Source of the DNA: Acinetobacter phage YC#06
Sequence record: ON391949.1
Reading direction: 5' to 3' (one strand)
Length of the DNA stretch: 48,885 bases
Part shown: positions 47,350 to 48,885 of the stretch, piece by piece
How positions within the stretch are numbered: position 1 is the first letter of the stretch
How the letters are laid out: each line of letters begins with the position of its first letter
Notes under the pieces: model-generated
Databases searched by the model: none
What the model saw: only the letters and a program-made list of their open reading frames with translations
What the model was told of the DNA's origin: nothing
Made by a program: the position numbers and the translations under genes

Positions 47350-47846
47350 GTTGTCGAGGCTGACATGCTCTCTAAGGGTCTACTCGGTGGCGAGGCGTGG
47401 TCTTCGTGGCATAAGGAAGACTCTATTCATGTAGGAGTACGCTGATATCTGCATCGAGATGCTCATTGAGTCAACCGGAATGGTTAGCTTACACCGCCAA
47501 AATGCTGGCGTAGTAGGTCAAGACTCTGAGACTATCGAACTCGGATATCAATACGCTGAGGCTATCGCAACCCGTGCAGGTGCGCTGGCTGGCATCTCTC
47601 CGATGTTCCAACCTTGCGTAGTTCCTCCTAAGCCGTGGACTGGGATATCTGGTGGTGGCTATTGGGCTAACGGTCGTCGTCCTCTGGCGCTGGTGCGTAC
47701 TCACAGTAAGAAAGCACTGATGCGCTACGAAGACGTTTACATGGATATCGTGTACAAAGCGATTAACATTGCGCAAAACACCGCATGGAAAATCAACAAG
47801 AAAGTCCTAGCGGTCGCCAACGTAATCACCAAGTGGAAGCATTGTC
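47303..47846 (+). pseudogene. bacteriophage T7 gene 1 (RNA polymerase) internal fragment, about residues 95-277, carrying GATATC hexamers at 47444, 47544, 47644, 47744
   Basis: Near-exact DNA and protein identity to T7 RNAP except at the hexamers (APE to GYQ, ITG to ISG, PEV to DIV, and a frameshifting change at the first). Confidence 0.75.
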
Positions 47847-48458
47847 TTCACCGAGATTGGCCTGAAGACCTTAGGGTCCAAGGATGCTGGTGTCCGCGCA
47901 ATCGCTCAAGACCTCGTGCGCTCTCCAACAGGGATGCAATCAGGGTCTAGCGGTAAGTTCGGTGCGACCGCTTCGGATATCCACGAGCGGCTCCACGCTA
48001 CAGACCAACGGATGTATAACCAGCTGTATGACGCTGTTGACCGTGCCATGAAGGACCCTGAGTTCTCCATCGGTGAGCAGAAGATGTCCCGTAAGGCTAT
48101 CCGTCAGGAAGTGTACAAGCGTGCTGCCTTGGCGATTGAGCGCCCAGAGCTACAGGCTGACTTGACCAAAGGTGAACGTGAGGTAATGGACTTGCTGAAA
48201 GAGCACTTCGATACCAAGCGTGAACTGATGGAACAGCCCGGTATCTTTGGCAACGCCAACGCCGTAAGCATCTTCCCCGGTAGTCGTCATAAAGGAACCT
48301 ACGTACCTAACGTGTACGATAGGGGCGCTAAGGAGCTGATGACTCAGAAGCTGGGTGGACCCGAAGGACTCTCATACGGGTCATCTGGTAGAACAGGCTG
48401 TACTTCAGCGCGTGCTTACCGTCTGCATCACGTGCCGTCTGGTAGTCCTGTCGGATAA
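47847..48458 (+). pseudogene. T7-like gp16 (internal virion protein D) internal fragment fused in frame to the RNAP fragment
   Basis: FTEIGLKTLGS...LVRSPTGMQSG.SGKFGATASDIHERLH...RAALAIERPELQ...HFDTKRELME...SIFP.SRHKGTYVP.VYDR matches T7-group gp16. Confidence 0.5.
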
Positions 48459-48870
48459 CCTCGTCACGGATAACCAAGCGGTGACTTGCCAGTACAGGCT
48501 CAAGGGTATCGCAGATACGGGCCTCTTTCATACCACGAGCACGAATCTCTTCGAGTTGCGCTGGGTGATGCTTCAGGAGCACAGGCTGGAACACGTTACC
48601 GAACATACCGTCACCGAAGTTACTCTCGAAGACCACAGTCTGCACCTGCCACTGTTTGGCTTTCTTAGCGAGGAACTCAAGGGACTTCTCTTCGTAACCA
48701 CGGGTACCTCCAGCGTCCATCAAGTAGATGTAACCGTTGAGGGTGTACAGCACGCACCAACCAGTTTCATCCTTACCGCGACCACTGGGGTCAATGACCA
48801 GAATCTTACCCTGATACGCACCAGTGTTACTGGAGGCTGTATGGAAGGAGTAAATCTCGTCACCCTTCAT
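48328..48870 (-). pseudogene. T7-like gp19 (terminase large subunit) C-terminal region fragment, antisense to the gp16 fragment
   Basis: [17 protein letters not shown] ... [10 protein letters not shown] ... GMKEARI resembles T7 gp19. Confidence 0.5.
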
Positions 48871-48885
48871 GCCAACGTTAGGAAG

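Noticed and set aside
6517-47981. Other GATATC occurrences (6517, 26484, 47976) as part of the periodic watermark
   Set aside because: They are not on the 100-bp lattice, and the one in the gp16 part encodes the conserved SDIHE peptide, so they are presumably native.
1-48885. tRNA, tmRNA or rRNA genes, integrase and att sites
   Set aside because: No cloverleaf-compatible segments were seen in the intergenic regions, and no tyrosine- or serine-recombinase motifs were found in any ORF. Absence is based on reading by eye only, so tRNAscan and HMM searches would be needed to be sure.

Overview
The window is mostly one temperate, lambdoid-organised siphophage or prophage genome (positions 1 to about 45470). 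Its GC content is roughly 38-40%, and the host looks like a Moraxellaceae/Acinetobacter-type bacterium (inference from composition and protein families).

Gene order, left to right:
- A partial leftward lipoprotein gene.
- An OL-like operator cluster.
- A single-chain R-M-S restriction-modification enzyme in the position lambda gives to rexAB.
- A LexA-like CI repressor, an OR operator cluster and a Cro-like gene.
- Early genes: CII-like regulator, a replication initiator with internal iterons, a DnaC-like loader, a Lar restriction-alleviation protein, two DUF559-like paralogues and CxxC zinc-ribbon proteins.
- Terminase small and large subunits, portal, head morphogenesis, scaffold, capsid and head-tail genes.
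- A tail fibre, the major tail protein, the G/GT chaperone pair with a canonical GGGAAAG -1 slippery site, and the tape measure.
- gpM, gpL, gpK and a gpI-J homologue.
- Holin and a GH108 endolysin.

Three AT-rich autonomous moron islands sit in this backbone:
- A GNAT-toxin TA pair plus membrane proteins, between GT and the tape measure.
- A two-gene cassette with a HEPN-like Rx6H motif, between the tape measure and gpM.
- A three-gene cassette of unknown function after the endolysin, where an integrase would be expected.

A leftward early block follows (AlpA/Xis-like HTH, AAA_24/Sak4-like ATPase, unknowns).

The right end is heterogeneous:
- A 65%-GC IS5-family element (45474-46683) with 16-bp inverted repeats and a TTAG target duplication.
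- A truncated ORF.
- A patchwork of T7-derived fragments: RNA polymerase, gp16-like and gp19-like. The RNA polymerase fragment carries EcoRV hexamers at exactly 100-bp spacing, which points to synthetic or chimeric DNA.

Three tandem duplications, each with a period of exactly 121 bp, each split a structural gene (tail fibre, G/GT, tape measure).

No tRNA, rRNA or CRISPR array was found. All calls rest on reading motifs by eye; no searches were run.
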